Source of the DNA: Felis catus
Taxonomy: Eukaryota
Assembly: GCF_018350175.1 (NCBI RefSeq)
Contig: NC_058382.1
Span: forward strand, 50,346,001-50,410,000
DNA length: 64,000 bases
Reading direction: 5' to 3'
Positions 63,516 to 64,000 of the stretch are shown in pieces. The notes under the pieces are model-generated. The model was not told the DNA's origin, did not search any database, and saw only the letters and a list, made by a program, of their open reading frames with translations. Numbering within the stretch: the stretch's first letter is position 1; every line of letters begins with the position of its first letter. The translations under genes and the position numbers were made by a program.

Positions 63516-64000
63516 AAAAATGTTCATGTTTAACATTTATAGAATTCTTAAATGTATTGTACCATTTAAAGTTGGGTTTCTGTAATAGAATTTTTAATTT
63601 TTAAAAGGTTTTAAAATTTGGTTTTTTCTTTCTATGTAAATAATTATTTGGAAAGATTATTTACATCCTAAGGAGCTATATAACTGTGGTGTTGTGAATT
63701 TCTGCATGTTCCAGACTGGGGAGTTTCTGGAGAGTTCATAAAAGTTCTCTTTTATATAGTGCATTTCATACAACTCATCATTTTCTAAATGTTGAGGGTC
63801 TAGACATTCATGGACTTAAAGAATGGTACTGTATTGAAAGTGCAATAAAGAATAAGAAAATGGAGCTCGTTCTTTCCTAAATAAATTCACTCTGGTCCCA
63901 CTAAAGCTAATCAGAATTTAAGAATAATATAAGAGCCTAGTGCCTATATATTAAGTGTCACGTTATAAGCTCCTCTTTCGGAACTAAACTGGTAAAGAAC

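Noticed and set aside
1..64000. Excess of minus-strand SINEs (about 15 vs 8) and LTRs as evidence of a plus-strand host gene
   Set aside because: Counts are too small and no exon was found.

Overview
AT-rich mammalian non-coding DNA (intronic or intergenic), almost certainly from a cat-family (Felidae) genome: it carries young SINEC_Fc-type Can-SINEs and L1_Fc-type LINE-1 3' ends. I found no intact protein-coding exon, RNA gene or CRISPR array; the supplied ORFs are repeat-derived or chance. Much of the window is transposon-derived (over 20 Can-SINEs, 4 felid L1 fragments, older L1M, MaLR/ERV LTRs, hAT MITEs, MIR/L2). The main discovery is at 49544-50705 (minus strand): a processed pseudogene of KCTD13 made from a chimeric mRNA. 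It reads 5'UTR + exon 1 + exon 2, joined at the exon-2 boundary to MaLR (MLT1) internal sequence and an LTR cut at its polyadenylation site, then an A-rich tail, all inside one degenerate target-site duplication (TSD). This appears to be a fossil of a retrotransposon-terminated, BTB-only KCTD13 isoform. Other notable items are an L1 with a 49-bp 3' transduction, an L1 5' junction with extended microhomology, and several nested or same-site insertions. Repeat subfamily names and KCTD13 exon boundaries are from memory, not from a database search.
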